A stretch of DNA of 64,000 nucleotides from Bacteroidia bacterium. Its GTDB lineage: Bacteria > Bacteroidota > Bacteroidia > M30B66. The notes beneath the pieces are model-generated. The model was not told where the DNA came from. It did no database searches and was given only the letters and a program-made list of their open reading frames with translations. Every line of letters begins with the position of its first letter. Position 1 is the stretch's first letter. The position numbers and the translations under genes were made by a program. Shown in pieces: positions 30,327-41,653 of the stretch. The DNA is taken from contig OZ257142.1 in assembly GCA_965279035.1 (NCBI GenBank), forward strand, positions 3,904,001 to 3,968,000, written 5' to 3'.

Positions 30327-32132
30327 ATGCAGCAAATACGGAATATTGCCATTATTGCCCACGTTGACCACGGTAAAACAACACTGGTTGACAAAATCCT
30401 TCATCAAACTAAACTGTTTAGAGATAATCAACAGTTTGGAGATTTGATTCTTGATAACAACGATTTAGAGCGGGAGCGCGGGATTACTATTCTTTCTAAG
30501 AACGTTTCAGTTCGATACAAAGACGTAAAAATCAACATTATTGACACACCTGGCCACGCCGACTTTGGCGGTGAGGTAGAGCGTGTATTGAATATGGCCG
30601 ATGGCGTTTTGCTTTTGGTTGATGCCTTTGAAGGACCGATGCCACAAACACGTTTCGTACTTCAAAAAGCATTAGCTCTTGGTTTGAAACCCATTGTAAT
30701 CATAAATAAGGTAGACAAACCCAATTGTCGCCCGGATGAGGTTCATGATGCGGTTTTTGAATTATTCTTTAACCTGGATGCGACTGAAGAACAGTTGGAA
30801 TTCAAAACGGTTTTTGGTTCTTCAAAAATGGGCTGGATGGGTCCGGATTATAAAAATCCAACGGATGGATTTGAGTACCTACTCGATACGATTGTTTCTG
30901 AAATTCCTGCGCCATTACAACCTGCAGGAACACCTCAGATGATGATTACTTCCTTGGATTTTTCGACCTACATCGGTAGAATCTGCGTTGGTCGTTTACT
31001 TCGTGGTGAATTGAAAGAAAACATGCCAGTGAGCCTTGTTAAACGCGATGGTTCTGTAGTTAAAACACGTATTCGTGAATTATATACGTTCGAAGGTTTA
31101 GGTAAAGCCAAAGTGCCTTCGGTTGTAGCCGGTGATATTTGTGCTCTTACTGGAATTGAAGGTTTTGAAATTGGTGACACCATTGCCGATTTTGAAAACC
31201 CAGAAGGACTTGTTCCTATTGATGTGGATGAGCCAACCATGAGCATGTTGTTTACCATCAACAATTCGCCATTCTATGGGAAAGACGGAAAGTTTGTGAC
31301 ATCACGCCACTTGAAAGAACGTTTGGAAAAAGAGCTGGAGAAAAACCTAGCCCTTCGCGTTCAACCAACTAATTCGGCAGATTCATTTTTGGTTTATGGA
31401 CGAGGAATTCTTCACTTGTCTATCCTCATCGAAACCATGCGTCGCGAAGGATACGAGTTACAAGTTGGACAACCTCAAGTGATCATCAAAGAAGTTGATG
31501 ATGTGAAACATGAGCCAGTTGAAGTGTTGACAATCGACGTTCCTGAAGAATATTCTGGAAAAGTGATTGAACTTGTAAGTCAGCGTAAAGGAGAACTTCG
31601 CGTGATGGAACCGAAAGGCGACATGCAACATTTGGAGTTTGAGATTCCTGCTCGTGGAATTATCGGTTTGCGTAATCACTTATTAACGGCATCGGCAGGA
31701 GAAGCCATTGTGGCGCATCGTTTTAAAGATTATGAACCTTGGAAAGGGGATATTCCTCAACGTACCAATGGAGTAATGATCGCAAAAGATCCGGGTAAAT
31801 CCATTGCGTATTCGATTGATAAGCTTCAAGATCGCGGATATTTCTTCGTTGATCCAGGTGAAGATGTGTATACAGGAATGATTATCGGTGAGCAGAATAA
31901 AGCGGGTGATATGGTTGTCAATATCACACAGGAGAAAAAGTTAACGAACATGCGTGCTTCGGGTTCTGATGATAAAATGCGCATTGCACCTGCAATCAAA
32001 TTTTCGCTAGAAGAAGCGATGGAATACATTCAGAAAGATGAGTATGTAGAAATCACTCCAACTGCTCTTCGAATTCGGAAGATTCATTTGGATGAAAATA
32101 CTAGAAAACGTGCTTCGGCACAGCTTTCTTAA
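30327..32132 (+). CDS. typA: Translational GTPase TypA/BipA
   Basis: [31 protein letters not shown] and [12 protein letters not shown] motifs. Start at ATG 30327. Confidence 0.98.
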   Translation: MQQIRNIAIIAHVDHGKTTLVDKILHQTKLFRDNQQFGDLILDNNDLERERGITILSKNVSVRYKDVKINIIDTPGHADFGGEVERVLNMADGVLLLVDAFEGPMPQTRFVLQKALALGLKPIVIINKVDKPNCRPDEVHDAVFELFFNLDATEEQLEFKTVFGSSKMGWMGPDYKNPTDGFEYLLDTIVSEIPAPLQPAGTPQMMITSLDFSTYIGRICVGRLLRGELKENMPVSLVKRDGSVVKTRIRELYTFEGLGKAKVPSVVAGDICALTGIEGFEIGDTIADFENPEGLVPIDVDEPTMSMLFTINNSPFYGKDGKFVTSRHLKERLEKELEKNLALRVQPTNSADSFLVYGRGILHLSILIETMRREGYELQVGQPQVIIKEVDDVKHEPVEVLTIDVPEEYSGKVIELVSQRKGELRVMEPKGDMQHLEFEIPARGIIGLRNHLLTASAGEAIVAHRFKDYEPWKGDIPQRTNGVMIAKDPGKSIAYSIDKLQDRGYFFVDPGEDVYTGMIIGEQNKAGDMVVNITQEKKLTNMRASGSDDKMRIAPAIKFSLEEAMEYIQKDEYVEITPTALRIRKIHLDENTRKRASAQLS

Positions 32133-32151
32133 TCCATTGGATTTATAAATT

Positions 32152-32190
32152 AAACGCCTGCTTCTTTTATAGAGGCGGGCGTTTTTGTTT
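32152..32190 (+). terminator. Intrinsic terminator of typA
   Basis: AAACGCCTGCTTCT...AGAGGCGGGCGTTT followed by a T-run. Confidence 0.8.
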
Positions 32191-32214
32191 TCACAAACAT
32201 CAATAACTGAAACG

Positions 32215-32248
32215 AAAAAAGCCAGTCCTAATGAAAGAACTGGCTTTT
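32215..32248 (-). terminator. Intrinsic terminator of the convergent gene
   Basis: AAAAGCCAGT...ACTGGCTTTT stem flanked by A/T runs. Confidence 0.7.
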
Positions 32249-32267
32249 CAGATAGTATTAGAGAAAC

Positions 32268-33293
32268 TTAGTGAGCAACAAATACTTTAGTTGTTACAGA
32301 AGCTCCTTTGTTATTCATAGCACGTAGAATATACATTCCGTTATTCAAATTCGAAGTTGATACTACGGCAATGTTCATTTTACCAATGATTGATTCTTTG
32401 GCAACAACACGACCACTTAAATCCAATACTTCAACGCCAGTAAGTTCTTCACCAGAAGCAAAGTTTACAGTCATTAGTTCGTTAGCTGGATTTGGAGTGA
32501 TGTTTAAGTGTTGAGAAGCAGCTACTTCAGCAAATCCAACTTCATTTGGATTTACGTACGTTACTGTTGTATCGCTTGAAGTTGAAGTAGCATCAATTGT
32601 TAGTGTCATCAAATTATATCCTGGATGATCTGTTGAAACCCAAGTGTAAACAGTAGTTGTTCCTTGTCCAGCCGGTGGAGGAAGTGGAATTCCGAAATCG
32701 TCTGTATAGTTTTGAATTGATTTTTGACGTAGAACATTGCTGAAAGTTCCTGCTGGAGTAGTTAAAGATCCTGAACCATCAATCAAAGCTACATTTGTTC
32801 CTGTACGTGTAAATCCAGATGTTCCTGCAGTTACAGCCATTGCATAGTCATCAGTAAATGTTGAATTTAAACTTGCAGGGAAATGCAAAATGTCCATTGC
32901 ATCTGTATAGTTTAAAAGAACATCTCCATCAGTAGCATGAGCAAATCCACCAATCATTTGCCATGTATTAGCATCCACTTTAAAATACGCTGCTACATTT
33001 GTAGAACCATCTGTAGATTCAACTGCATAGGAAGCTGTAGGGAAATTAGAACTTCCTATTGCTCCTGCTGCTGGAACTGTAGTTTCGGTATAAGATGAAT
33101 CAGATACCAAAGAGGCAAAATTCCAACTTTGTCCTGAACCTGAAGCACCTACACTTAAGGCACCACTTAAACTTACAACGTGGTAAACTTGCGATAGACC
33201 TGGCGATGGAGTCCAATTAGAATTAATCGTTTGAGCATTTAAGCCTAACGAAACAGAAGCAAATGCCGCTGCGATAAGAGTAACGTTTTTCAT
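32268..33293 (-). CDS. Secreted protein with T9SS type A sorting domain
   Basis: Signal peptide, DGSGSLTTPAGTF motif, CTD ITPNPANE...DLSGRVV...GMYIL. Confidence 0.85.
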   Translation of the reverse strand: MKNVTLIAAAFASVSLGLNAQTINSNWTPSPGLSQVYHVVSLSGALSVGASGSGQSWNFASLVSDSSYTETTVPAAGAIGSSNFPTASYAVESTDGSTNVAAYFKVDANTWQMIGGFAHATDGDVLLNYTDAMDILHFPASLNSTFTDDYAMAVTAGTSGFTRTGTNVALIDGSGSLTTPAGTFSNVLRQKSIQNYTDDFGIPLPPPAGQGTTTVYTWVSTDHPGYNLMTLTIDATSTSSDTTVTYVNPNEVGFAEVAASQHLNITPNPANELMTVNFASGEELTGVEVLDLSGRVVAKESIIGKMNIAVVSTSNLNNGMYILRAMNNKGASVTTKVFVAH

Positions 33294-33554
33294 GCGTTTT
33301 TTTTCTTAAAATTATTATTGAAAAAGAAATTGTTAACTACTGCAAAAGGAAACTGTGAACAATAGGATGTGCATAGCTTTAACAGCAAAAATCCTAACGG
33401 TTTTTCTCCTACAGAGTTACTGACAGAAAATTCAATTTCCACAGCAGATGTGTAAGAAATCATGCATTAGAGGCCTTCTCCACATGAATTGCTCGCATAA
33501 TCTATAAGATTGAGCAAATTCTTACTAAAATCACAGTGTAAGTTCAAGTGAAAA

Positions 33555-34646
33555 TCAGCGCGCTTTCGATAAAGTAAAACCGAACGTTGTTCCAATTCCA
33601 AGAGTACTTCGAACATTAATGGTTTGGTTGTGCGCTTCAATAATATGCTTCACGATTGATAATCCCAATCCTGTTCCTCCAATATCTCGAGAGCGACTTC
33701 GATCTACCCGATAAAAGCGTTCGAATAAACGCGGGATATGTTCTTGTGAGACACCAATTCCGTTGTCGGTAACCTCAACCAGAATATTCTCATCCATATC
33801 GTAAAACGAGAGCTTGGTTTCCCCGATTTGCTTGCTATACTTAATTGAATTAACCAATAAATTACTCAATACTTTTTGTACACTTTCTCGATCAGCCTTC
33901 ACATAAATCGGTTTGTCGTATACTTCTTTAAATACAAGCTTTACGTTACTTTTTTCAGCACTGTATTGAATACTCGACATGGTATCACGCGCTAATTCTA
34001 CGATATCAAATTTCTCTTTGTGTAAGATGAGTTGTCCTGATTCGAATTGGGTAATGATTTCCAAATCTTCTACAATATTGACCATGCGCTCCACACTTTT
34101 CTCAGCACGTTCGAGATAGGTTCGATTGATGGAAGGGTCTTCTAATCCACCTTCGAGCAAGGTCATAATATAACCCTGAATGTTGAAGATGGGAGTTTTT
34201 AATTCGTGACTCACATTGCCAAGAAATTCGCGGCGGTAATTTTCGAGATTTTTGAGGTATTCGATTTCCTCTTTTTGGTCTTTAGCCCAAGCTTCAACGT
34301 CTTTATTCACGGCGGCTATGATGTCGGTATTTAAATCAACTGATTTGGGCTTTTGTCCCTTTTTCAGTTTTAATTGATGGATATTCTTATAAATGAGTTT
34401 GATTTTCCGGTAGATGAATCGTTCAACAGCAAATTGAAAGAGGAAAAATGAAAGGATAAACGTTACCGTACTCACCACGATAGGCACCCAAACCGTATAG
34501 TGTTTATGGAAAAGGTACTCCGAAATACTCACTAAAAATCCCACACAAACCGAAAACCAGAATGCGAGGTAAAGCGATAAACTACGCGGCGTTGAAGTAT
34601 TTAGCCGTTGTGCAAAGGTGAGTTTGGGGATTGCTTTAGAATTCAA
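33555..34646 (-). CDS. Two-component sensor histidine kinase (PhoR-like)
   Basis: Two TMs, H-box NVSHELKTPI, NLLVNSIKY, DNGIG, FERFYRVD and GTGLGLSIVKH. Confidence 0.93.
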   Translation of the reverse strand: MNSKAIPKLTFAQRLNTSTPRSLSLYLAFWFSVCVGFLVSISEYLFHKHYTVWVPIVVSTVTFILSFFLFQFAVERFIYRKIKLIYKNIHQLKLKKGQKPKSVDLNTDIIAAVNKDVEAWAKDQKEEIEYLKNLENYRREFLGNVSHELKTPIFNIQGYIMTLLEGGLEDPSINRTYLERAEKSVERMVNIVEDLEIITQFESGQLILHKEKFDIVELARDTMSSIQYSAEKSNVKLVFKEVYDKPIYVKADRESVQKVLSNLLVNSIKYSKQIGETKLSFYDMDENILVEVTDNGIGVSQEHIPRLFERFYRVDRSRSRDIGGTGLGLSIVKHIIEAHNQTINVRSTLGIGTTFGFTLSKAR

Positions 34647-35316
34647 ATTTGTATCCTACTCCTTTAATGGTACGAATGTATGTATCTCCAAGTTTTTCTC
34701 GAAGTTTTCGGATATGAACATCAATTGTACGATCACCTACAACTACATCATCTCCCCACACATTTTTTAAAATATCTTCTCTGGTAAAGACTTTCCCAGG
34801 TCGAGAAGCTAATAATGCTATCAACTCAAACTCTTTTTTTGGAAGATTGATTTGAACATTGTCTTTCACAATCAAGTATTTCTCCCGATCAATCATAAAC
34901 CCATTCACATCCAATACTTCCTCTTCCTGATTGTTACCTTTTCTACGCAATAGTGCTTTCACCCTTGAAACTAAAACACGTGGCTTGATTGGCTTATTGA
35001 TATAATCATCAGCACCTGCATCAAATCCAGCAATCTGAGAATAATCTTCGTTACGCGCTGTCAAGAAAGCAATAAGCACATCCTTTAATTCTGGAATTTC
35101 ACGAATGACGCGACAGGTTTCAATACCATCCAAATCGGGCATCATCACATCCAAAATAATCAACTGTGGTCTTTCTTGTTGAGCCAATCGTATCGCATCT
35201 TTCCCATTCCCACTCGTGAATACATCAAATCCTTCTTTTGTCAAATTGTAGCTAATGAATTCCAGAATATCCGGTTCATCATCTACAAGCAAGATTTTTA
35301 TTTTCTCTGCACTCAT
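34636..35316 (-). CDS. OmpR/PhoB family response regulator
   Basis: LVDDE, LDVMMP, GADDY and RTIDVHIRKLREK motifs. Confidence 0.95.
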   Translation of the reverse strand: MSAEKIKILLVDDEPDILEFISYNLTKEGFDVFTSGNGKDAIRLAQQERPQLIILDVMMPDLDGIETCRVIREIPELKDVLIAFLTARNEDYSQIAGFDAGADDYINKPIKPRVLVSRVKALLRRKGNNQEEEVLDVNGFMIDREKYLIVKDNVQINLPKKEFELIALLASRPGKVFTREDILKNVWGDDVVVGDRTIDVHIRKLREKLGDTYIRTIKGVGYKFEF

Positions 35317-35445
35317 AAGTCAGTGTTACGTTTCGGTTGCGAAATTATTCCTGTTATGAATCCCGAAAGTTAAGTCGAGGTTATGAAATTGACACAATCG
35401 TGATGAACAAATGTTATATTTTTTGAAATAAGAACCATTATGTAA

Positions 35446-36792
35446 TTAAACGACTTTGCTTTTCCATGTGCCTTTTCGCATGTATAACCAGGAAACAATC
35501 CATAAAGCAAAGAAATAGTATGGTTCAGTAAACCAAATAACAAATACATCTGCTTTTAACTGAATTCCTAAAAACCAGGCTAAGAGTAAATACGAAGCAA
35601 TTGTTATGGTTTCGATTAACAAAGATGTTTTTGTGTTACCCGATCCAGTTACTCCACTATACCAAGTCATGGCTGGGCCAAACAGCAATAAGGAAGCAGT
35701 TATTACAAATAGGGTTGGAATACTTTGGCTAATTAATCCTGTGGCGTCTTTGTTTTCAACGGCTAAACCAAGAACCATTTCTGGAATGAGTAAATTAACC
35801 AATACAAAAGGAGCAACCAGAAGCAGTGAAAGCCATGTAATGCGTTTGAGTAAAGGCAATACATCCTGATATCGGCCTTCGCCAATGGTAAACGAAACCA
35901 TCGTGTTTGAAGCAGAACTTAATCCCCAGAAAGGAACCATTTCAAACATATAAATGATTCGAATAATGACAGAAATTGCTAAGGCTCTTTCTCCACTTTG
36001 TTCAATTATGATGAAGAAAAGAAACCATCCAGCATGGGAAATAAAATTCTGAAACATCACTGGTGAAGCAATGGAAGAAATGCTTCTCATCACCTCGGGT
36101 TGCCATTTCCACGATTTAAAAAGATGATAGGTTTGATGGTATTTCCCAATATAAGCATGCGTAGCGAACCATATTAGGCCAATAATTTCTGATAGTGAAG
36201 AAGCGATTGCTGATCCGGCAATTCCTAATGAAGGAAAACCCCAAGCCCCAAAAATGAGCGCGTAATTGAGAATGACATTGGAAATTGCCATGACAATTGT
36301 GCTCCAAATAATTACGCCTGTGCTTGAAACACCAATAAAGAAAGCACGATACGCCAAATTAATCATGGCAAACGTGATCCCCCAAGCTCGATTATCTAAA
36401 TACTTGACCGAAGCTTCATAAACAGCTGGTGATTTTACTAGACTCTTTAATATGGGTGGTCCTAGAAATTCCATTCCTAGCCATAGAAACAAGGCCATTC
36501 CAACAAGGAAGATCAAACTGTTGTCGAAAATATCGCCGATCGCATGGTATTTTTTTTCTCCGTGACGACGTGCAATGAGTATTTGAACACCGGTTGAAAA
36601 TCCAAGTCCTAAAATGTAAATCGTTGTATAAAAGAGTCCCGCTAGTCCAACGGCTGCGAGCGAAACTTCATCCACTCTTGCCATAAAAAAAGCATCCGTG
36701 GCTAAAATAACGTTCGATGCAATTCCACCTATGATGATGGGTGTTGCAAGCCGCATGATATGGCCGTAGGAAGATGTTTTAGGCAATGACAT
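35446..36792 (-). CDS. MATE family efflux transporter
   Basis: About 12 TMs, LAAVGLAG and NVILNYALIFG..GFPSLGIAGSAIAS motifs. Confidence 0.92.
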   Translation of the reverse strand: MSLPKTSSYGHIMRLATPIIIGGIASNVILATDAFFMARVDEVSLAAVGLAGLFYTTIYILGLGFSTGVQILIARRHGEKKYHAIGDIFDNSLIFLVGMALFLWLGMEFLGPPILKSLVKSPAVYEASVKYLDNRAWGITFAMINLAYRAFFIGVSSTGVIIWSTIVMAISNVILNYALIFGAWGFPSLGIAGSAIASSLSEIIGLIWFATHAYIGKYHQTYHLFKSWKWQPEVMRSISSIASPVMFQNFISHAGWFLFFIIIEQSGERALAISVIIRIIYMFEMVPFWGLSSASNTMVSFTIGEGRYQDVLPLLKRITWLSLLLVAPFVLVNLLIPEMVLGLAVENKDATGLISQSIPTLFVITASLLLFGPAMTWYSGVTGSGNTKTSLLIETITIASYLLLAWFLGIQLKADVFVIWFTEPYYFFALWIVSWLYMRKGTWKSKVV

Positions 36793-36800
36793 GAATCAAA

Positions 36801-37973
36801 TTATCGAACCAAAACAACCAATCCTTTCAGGTATTCGCCTTCGGGATGATAGATACTTACTGGATGATCGGCAGGTTGAGTGAGTTGATGTAAAATCACT
36901 ACTTCGCGTCCGGCTTCAATGGCAGCTGCTGTAACAGTATTGCGGAACAATTCCCGATCAACTACTTGGGAGCAAGAAAATGTAAATAACAAACCATCTG
37001 GACCAATTTGCTCCATCGCCATTTTATTGATGCGTTTGTATGCTTGAACAGCACGGTGACGAGCATCTTGATGTTTGGCAAATGCTGGTGGATCGAGCAC
37101 AATGACATCGTATTCGGCCTTGTTCGATTTTAACCATTCGAGCACATCAGCAACAATGGCTTGATGTTTTTCTTCGGAGAAGCCGTTTAATTCAATATTT
37201 TCTTTGGTTAGCTCAATGGCTTTTTTCGAACTATCAACCGAATCAACGCGAGTTGCACCTTCTGCTAATGCATACACCGAAAATCCACCGGTATAGCAAA
37301 AGGTATTGAGTACCGTTTTGTCTTTGGAATAACGTCCAACTAACTCACGGTTATCGCGTTGATCGATGAAGAAACCCGTTTTTTGTCCAGTGATAAAATC
37401 AATGTGAAAACGATGTCCATTTTCGACATACTCTTCTTGAATTGCCTCGCCCAATAAATACGCATTGGCTCCATCTTTCCCGAGTGTTTCGGATGATTTA
37501 TCGTAAACTGCTTTGATGAGTCCGTTGCTTTGAGAAACAATCGCCTGAGCAATCATTTTACGTGATGCATACATTCCGTGCGAATGACATTGAACAACAG
37601 CTGTTGATCCGTAAACATCGACTATGAGCCCGGGCATATTATCGCCTTCGGCATGAACCAAACGGAAAATATTGGTGGCTTGAGAAGGAAATCCAATCCG
37701 ACGACGATGAGCATAGCAGCGTTCAAACGCTTCGTTCCAAAAATCTTGATCGATGAGAATATCTCCAAAAAATAATATCCGAACGGTAATTGAACCTTTT
37801 TGATAATGCCCAACACCAAGCACTTCGCCTCGTTGATCTTTAACGCGAACGGTATCGCCATCTTGAAGATCGCCTTCGGTTCGGGCAATTGCGCCAGAAA
37901 AAACCCAAGGATGAAATCGTTGAAGGGAACGTTCTTTTCCCGGTTTGAGGTGAATAACAGATAGTGCCGACAT
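36801..37973 (-). CDS. rlmI: Class I SAM-dependent rRNA methyltransferase (RlmI/RlmK-like)
   Basis: HPWVFSG PUA domain, GQKTGFFIDQRDNR, LNTFCYTGGFS, LDPPAF and EGEYLK motifs. Confidence 0.85.
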   Translation of the reverse strand: MSALSVIHLKPGKERSLQRFHPWVFSGAIARTEGDLQDGDTVRVKDQRGEVLGVGHYQKGSITVRILFFGDILIDQDFWNEAFERCYAHRRRIGFPSQATNIFRLVHAEGDNMPGLIVDVYGSTAVVQCHSHGMYASRKMIAQAIVSQSNGLIKAVYDKSSETLGKDGANAYLLGEAIQEEYVENGHRFHIDFITGQKTGFFIDQRDNRELVGRYSKDKTVLNTFCYTGGFSVYALAEGATRVDSVDSSKKAIELTKENIELNGFSEEKHQAIVADVLEWLKSNKAEYDVIVLDPPAFAKHQDARHRAVQAYKRINKMAMEQIGPDGLLFTFSCSQVVDRELFRNTVTAAAIEAGREVVILHQLTQPADHPVSIYHPEGEYLKGLVVLVR

Positions 37974-38096
37974 AATTGCGCGAAGATAGTGATTCGGAGC
38001 AGCTAGAAATGGAATTCAGATCGGATTGAACCCGTATCATTTTGAAAGATTTTGACATCATCTTTCTTTGTCAAAAACATACCTTTGAGCCTTTCT

Positions 38097-39512
38097 ATGA
38101 AAAGATACCTCTCCATTTGTTTTTGTCTGTTTGTTTTGTCGCTAACAGTGCAAGCTCAAACTGTAAAACGTTGGTCCTTGCAGGAATGCATTGAGTATGC
38201 GATAGCTAATAATTTACAGATTGCTCAAAATAATTTGAGCGTTAATCAAGCCGAAAACACCTTGCTACAAACCAAAGCAGGTGCGCTTCCTACATTAAAT
38301 GGTTCTGCAAATCATACGTATAACTTCGGTAGAAGGATTGACCCCTTTACCAATGTGTTTGCAACTAACCGAGTGCTTTCTCAAAATTTCAGCTTGAGCA
38401 GCAACGTGAATTTGATCAGTGGATTATCGAATACTCAAACGATTTTAGCAAATCAGCTTTCAGTAATTGCAGCGCGCTATAATAATGACCAATTAAAGAA
38501 TAATATATCGCTTCAGGTGACGAATGCTTTTTTGCAGATTATCCTAGCAGATGAATTATTGACCATTGCCGACAATCAACTTCGACTTACAAGAGAACAA
38601 TCGGAAAGAGGAAAACTTTTGTACGAAGCTGGAAGAACAGCCAAAGGAGATTTTCTTCAAGCGGAAGCACAATTGGCAAATGAAGAATTGAATGTTGTAA
38701 CAGCACGCAATCGTCTCGATTTAGCTAAACTCACTTTAGCTCAATTACTATCGCTTGAATCGGCTGATGAATTTGATATTGTGAAGCCTGACTTTGATAA
38801 AATGCCCATTGAGCTTCCACCGTATAATGCGCGTGATTTATTTACAACTGCTGCTGAGCGTCAACCGGGAATTTTGGGTGCAGAGTATCAATTGAAAAGT
38901 GCAGAACGAGGCTTAAGAGCGGCACGAGGTGGATATTATCCAAGCTTGAGTTTGTTTGGTGGAATTGGAACTGGGTATTCTGAACTTTCTAGAACAGCTA
39001 TTGGAAGCACTATTCAACAACAGAATCTGGGGACATTTCAAGGACAACCGATCATTATTGATGTGGAAGTTCCAACGTATGAGAAAACTCCTTTTCACAA
39101 TCAGTTGAATCAGAATTTTAACCGTACAGTAGGCTTCTCGTTGAATGTTCCCATTTTTAATGGATTGAGAACAAGAACGCAAGTTTCACAACAAAAAATT
39201 GCGGTTGAAAATGCGCGACTTCAACACCAGATTACAAAAAATCAATTGCGCCGTGATATTCAAACAGCTTGGTTCGATGCACGTTCTTCGTATGAACGTT
39301 ATCAAGCAACGCAGAAATCGGTGAATGCATTGCAAGAAGCTTTCAGCTATATTCAACAGCGTTACGATGTTGGAATGGTGAATGCCTTGGAATTTAATAC
39401 ATCAAAAAATCAGTTGTTGAGTGCTAAAAGTAATCTTGCTCAAGCACGTTATGAATTTATTTTAAGGGTAAAAGTGCTCGATTTTTATCAAGGCAAACCC
39501 ATCGTATTTTAA
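38097..39512 (+). CDS. TolC family outer-membrane efflux protein
   Basis: Signal peptide from MKRYL (38097), WSLQECIEYA and SLNVPIFNG motifs. Confidence 0.92.
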   Translation: MKRYLSICFCLFVLSLTVQAQTVKRWSLQECIEYAIANNLQIAQNNLSVNQAENTLLQTKAGALPTLNGSANHTYNFGRRIDPFTNVFATNRVLSQNFSLSSNVNLISGLSNTQTILANQLSVIAARYNNDQLKNNISLQVTNAFLQIILADELLTIADNQLRLTREQSERGKLLYEAGRTAKGDFLQAEAQLANEELNVVTARNRLDLAKLTLAQLLSLESADEFDIVKPDFDKMPIELPPYNARDLFTTAAERQPGILGAEYQLKSAERGLRAARGGYYPSLSLFGGIGTGYSELSRTAIGSTIQQQNLGTFQGQPIIIDVEVPTYEKTPFHNQLNQNFNRTVGFSLNVPIFNGLRTRTQVSQQKIAVENARLQHQITKNQLRRDIQTAWFDARSSYERYQATQKSVNALQEAFSYIQQRYDVGMVNALEFNTSKNQLLSAKSNLAQARYEFILRVKVLDFYQGKPIVF

Positions 39513-39517
39513 GAAAC

Positions 39518-40912
39518 ATGAAAAAAAGAACTTGGATCATTCTCAGTGTACTGTTCGTATTTATTGTAGTAGGAATTGCTGCCAAGAAAGCCGGATGGAT
39601 TGGAAAACCAACTGCTTTAGAAGTAAGTGTTGAAACCGTTCAAAAACGCACCATTGTAGAGACCGTTTCTGCCAATGGGAAAATTCAACCCGAAGTTGAA
39701 GTGAAGATTAGTGCCGATGTTTCGGGGGAGATTGTGGAGATGAAAGTGATTGAAGGACAAAAGGTGCAAAAGGGCGATCATTTACTTACGATTAATCCCG
39801 ATATGATTAAAGCAGTTGCTGATCGTATTGCTGCAACAGTAAGCCAAGCCAAGGCGAATCTTGCGAATTCACGAGCACGTGAAAATCAGGTAAAAGCTAC
39901 GTTTATCAATATCGAAACAAGCTTTAATCGTAGTAAAAAATTGTATGATCAAAAGGCGATTTCGGATGCAGAATTTGATGCAGCAAAAGCACAATATGAA
40001 GGAGCAAAAGCCGATATGGAAGCTGCTCGACAAACGGTAATTGGCTCTGACTTTAGTGTTCGTAGTGCCGAAGCCAGTTTGAAAGAGGCAAACGACAATC
40101 TATCACGCACACGCATTTATGCTCCAACCGATGGAACAGTTTCGAAGCTGAATGTTGAATTGGGCGAACGCGTTGTTGGAACAGCTCAAATGAGCGGAAC
40201 AGAACTACTTCGTATTGCCAACCTCAATGAAATGGAAGTGCGCGTTGATGTGAATGAAAATGATATTGTTCGTATTCATTTGAACGATACAAGTGACGTG
40301 GATGTGGATGCATACGCCGATCGTAAATTCAAGGGAATCGTTACCGAAATATCGAATTCTTCAAATAACTCTTCGGTAGCAGTAAACAGTGCAGATCAAG
40401 TAACCAACTTCACTGTTAAGATTCGCATTCTACGCGAGTCCTATGCCGATTTGGTTGATACGGCTCATCCCTATTTATCACCTTTCCGCCCAGGCATGTC
40501 TGCAACTGTTGATGTGAGAACGCATTCGGAAGTGAATGTTTTAACGGTTCCGATCATGTCGGTAACAGTGCGTACCTTGAAAGAACTTCAAACCAAAAGT
40601 GAAGGTAATAGAGAAGGAGAAGCTCCTTTAAATGATGAAGAAGAGTCAAAGCCGAAGACCGAAGAGAAAGAAAAAACGACAGCTGAAGAAGAAGTGAAGG
40701 AGATTGTTTTTGTGTTAGAAAATGGGAAAGTGAAACCTGTTGAAGTAAAATCAGGCATTCAGGACAATAATTACATTCAGATTTTAAGTGGATTAAAAGA
40801 AGGACAAGAGGTAGTTTCAGGTCCATATTCAGCAATTTCGAAAGTGTTAAAAGAGGGCACAGCGGTAGAAAAGACTAGTGCAGATAAATTGAATCAACGA
40901 AAAGAGAAATAA
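39518..40912 (+). CDS. Efflux periplasmic adaptor subunit (MFP, MacA-like)
   Basis: N-terminal TM, ISADVSGEI, IYAPTDGTV, FRPGMSATV and GLKEGQEVV motifs. Confidence 0.92.
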   Translation: MKKRTWIILSVLFVFIVVGIAAKKAGWIGKPTALEVSVETVQKRTIVETVSANGKIQPEVEVKISADVSGEIVEMKVIEGQKVQKGDHLLTINPDMIKAVADRIAATVSQAKANLANSRARENQVKATFINIETSFNRSKKLYDQKAISDAEFDAAKAQYEGAKADMEAARQTVIGSDFSVRSAEASLKEANDNLSRTRIYAPTDGTVSKLNVELGERVVGTAQMSGTELLRIANLNEMEVRVDVNENDIVRIHLNDTSDVDVDAYADRKFKGIVTEISNSSNNSSVAVNSADQVTNFTVKIRILRESYADLVDTAHPYLSPFRPGMSATVDVRTHSEVNVLTVPIMSVTVRTLKELQTKSEGNREGEAPLNDEEESKPKTEEKEKTTAEEEVKEIVFVLENGKVKPVEVKSGIQDNNYIQILSGLKEGQEVVSGPYSAISKVLKEGTAVEKTSADKLNQRKEK

Positions 40913-40914
40913 GT

Positions 40915-41616
40915 GTGAGTGGAATTCGAATTCTACATATTGAAACAGCAACAACAGCTTGTTCTGTATCCATTGCTGAAGATGGAAAATTGATTTCTGT
41001 TCGTTCAATAAGTGAAGGATATAAACATGCAGAGAATCTATTCAAGTTGATTCGGGAAGTGATGGAAGATGCTGCTTGGAAACAACAGGATTTGTCGGCA
41101 GTAGCAGTTTCGGCAGGACCAGGATCATACACAGGATTGCGTATTGGAGTTTCTGCAGCAAAGGGAATTTGTTATTCTTTGTCGATTCCGCTCATCTCCA
41201 CTTCTACCCTATTTACCTTAGCTGCCGGTTTCAAACGTCGATTTCCAGAAATAGACACCTTGCTTTGTCCTATGATAGATGCCCGCAGAATGGAAGTGTA
41301 CACTGCAATATATTCTGCCGATTTGCATACGTTACGCTCCGATCATCCACTTATAATAAAAGGCACAGAAAGTATCCCAGAATTAAACGAGCAGGCTGTG
41401 AGTTTCTTTGGTGATGGGGCGTTTAAGTGTGTTGAGTTGATGGATCAACATCCGAATTTCGGGTATTATAACAACATTGAACTTTCAGCCGAAGATATGG
41501 TTCAATCTGCCCTTGAATCGTATCAACTGGGCAGCTTTGCCGATCTTGCCTATTTCGAACCAGAATACTTGAAGCCTTATCATGGCACTCCGCCCGTTTC
41601 CAAACCCCTGTTTTGA
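40915..41616 (+). CDS. tsaB: tRNA t6A biosynthesis protein TsaB
   Basis: ILHIETAT, GPGSYTGLRIG, IDARRMEVY and EPEYLK motifs. Confidence 0.96.
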   Translation: MSGIRILHIETATTACSVSIAEDGKLISVRSISEGYKHAENLFKLIREVMEDAAWKQQDLSAVAVSAGPGSYTGLRIGVSAAKGICYSLSIPLISTSTLFTLAAGFKRRFPEIDTLLCPMIDARRMEVYTAIYSADLHTLRSDHPLIIKGTESIPELNEQAVSFFGDGAFKCVELMDQHPNFGYYNNIELSAEDMVQSALESYQLGSFADLAYFEPEYLKPYHGTPPVSKPLF

Positions 41617-41653
41617 AAATGAATGCATATTAAAATGCTGAATTCAAATTGCC

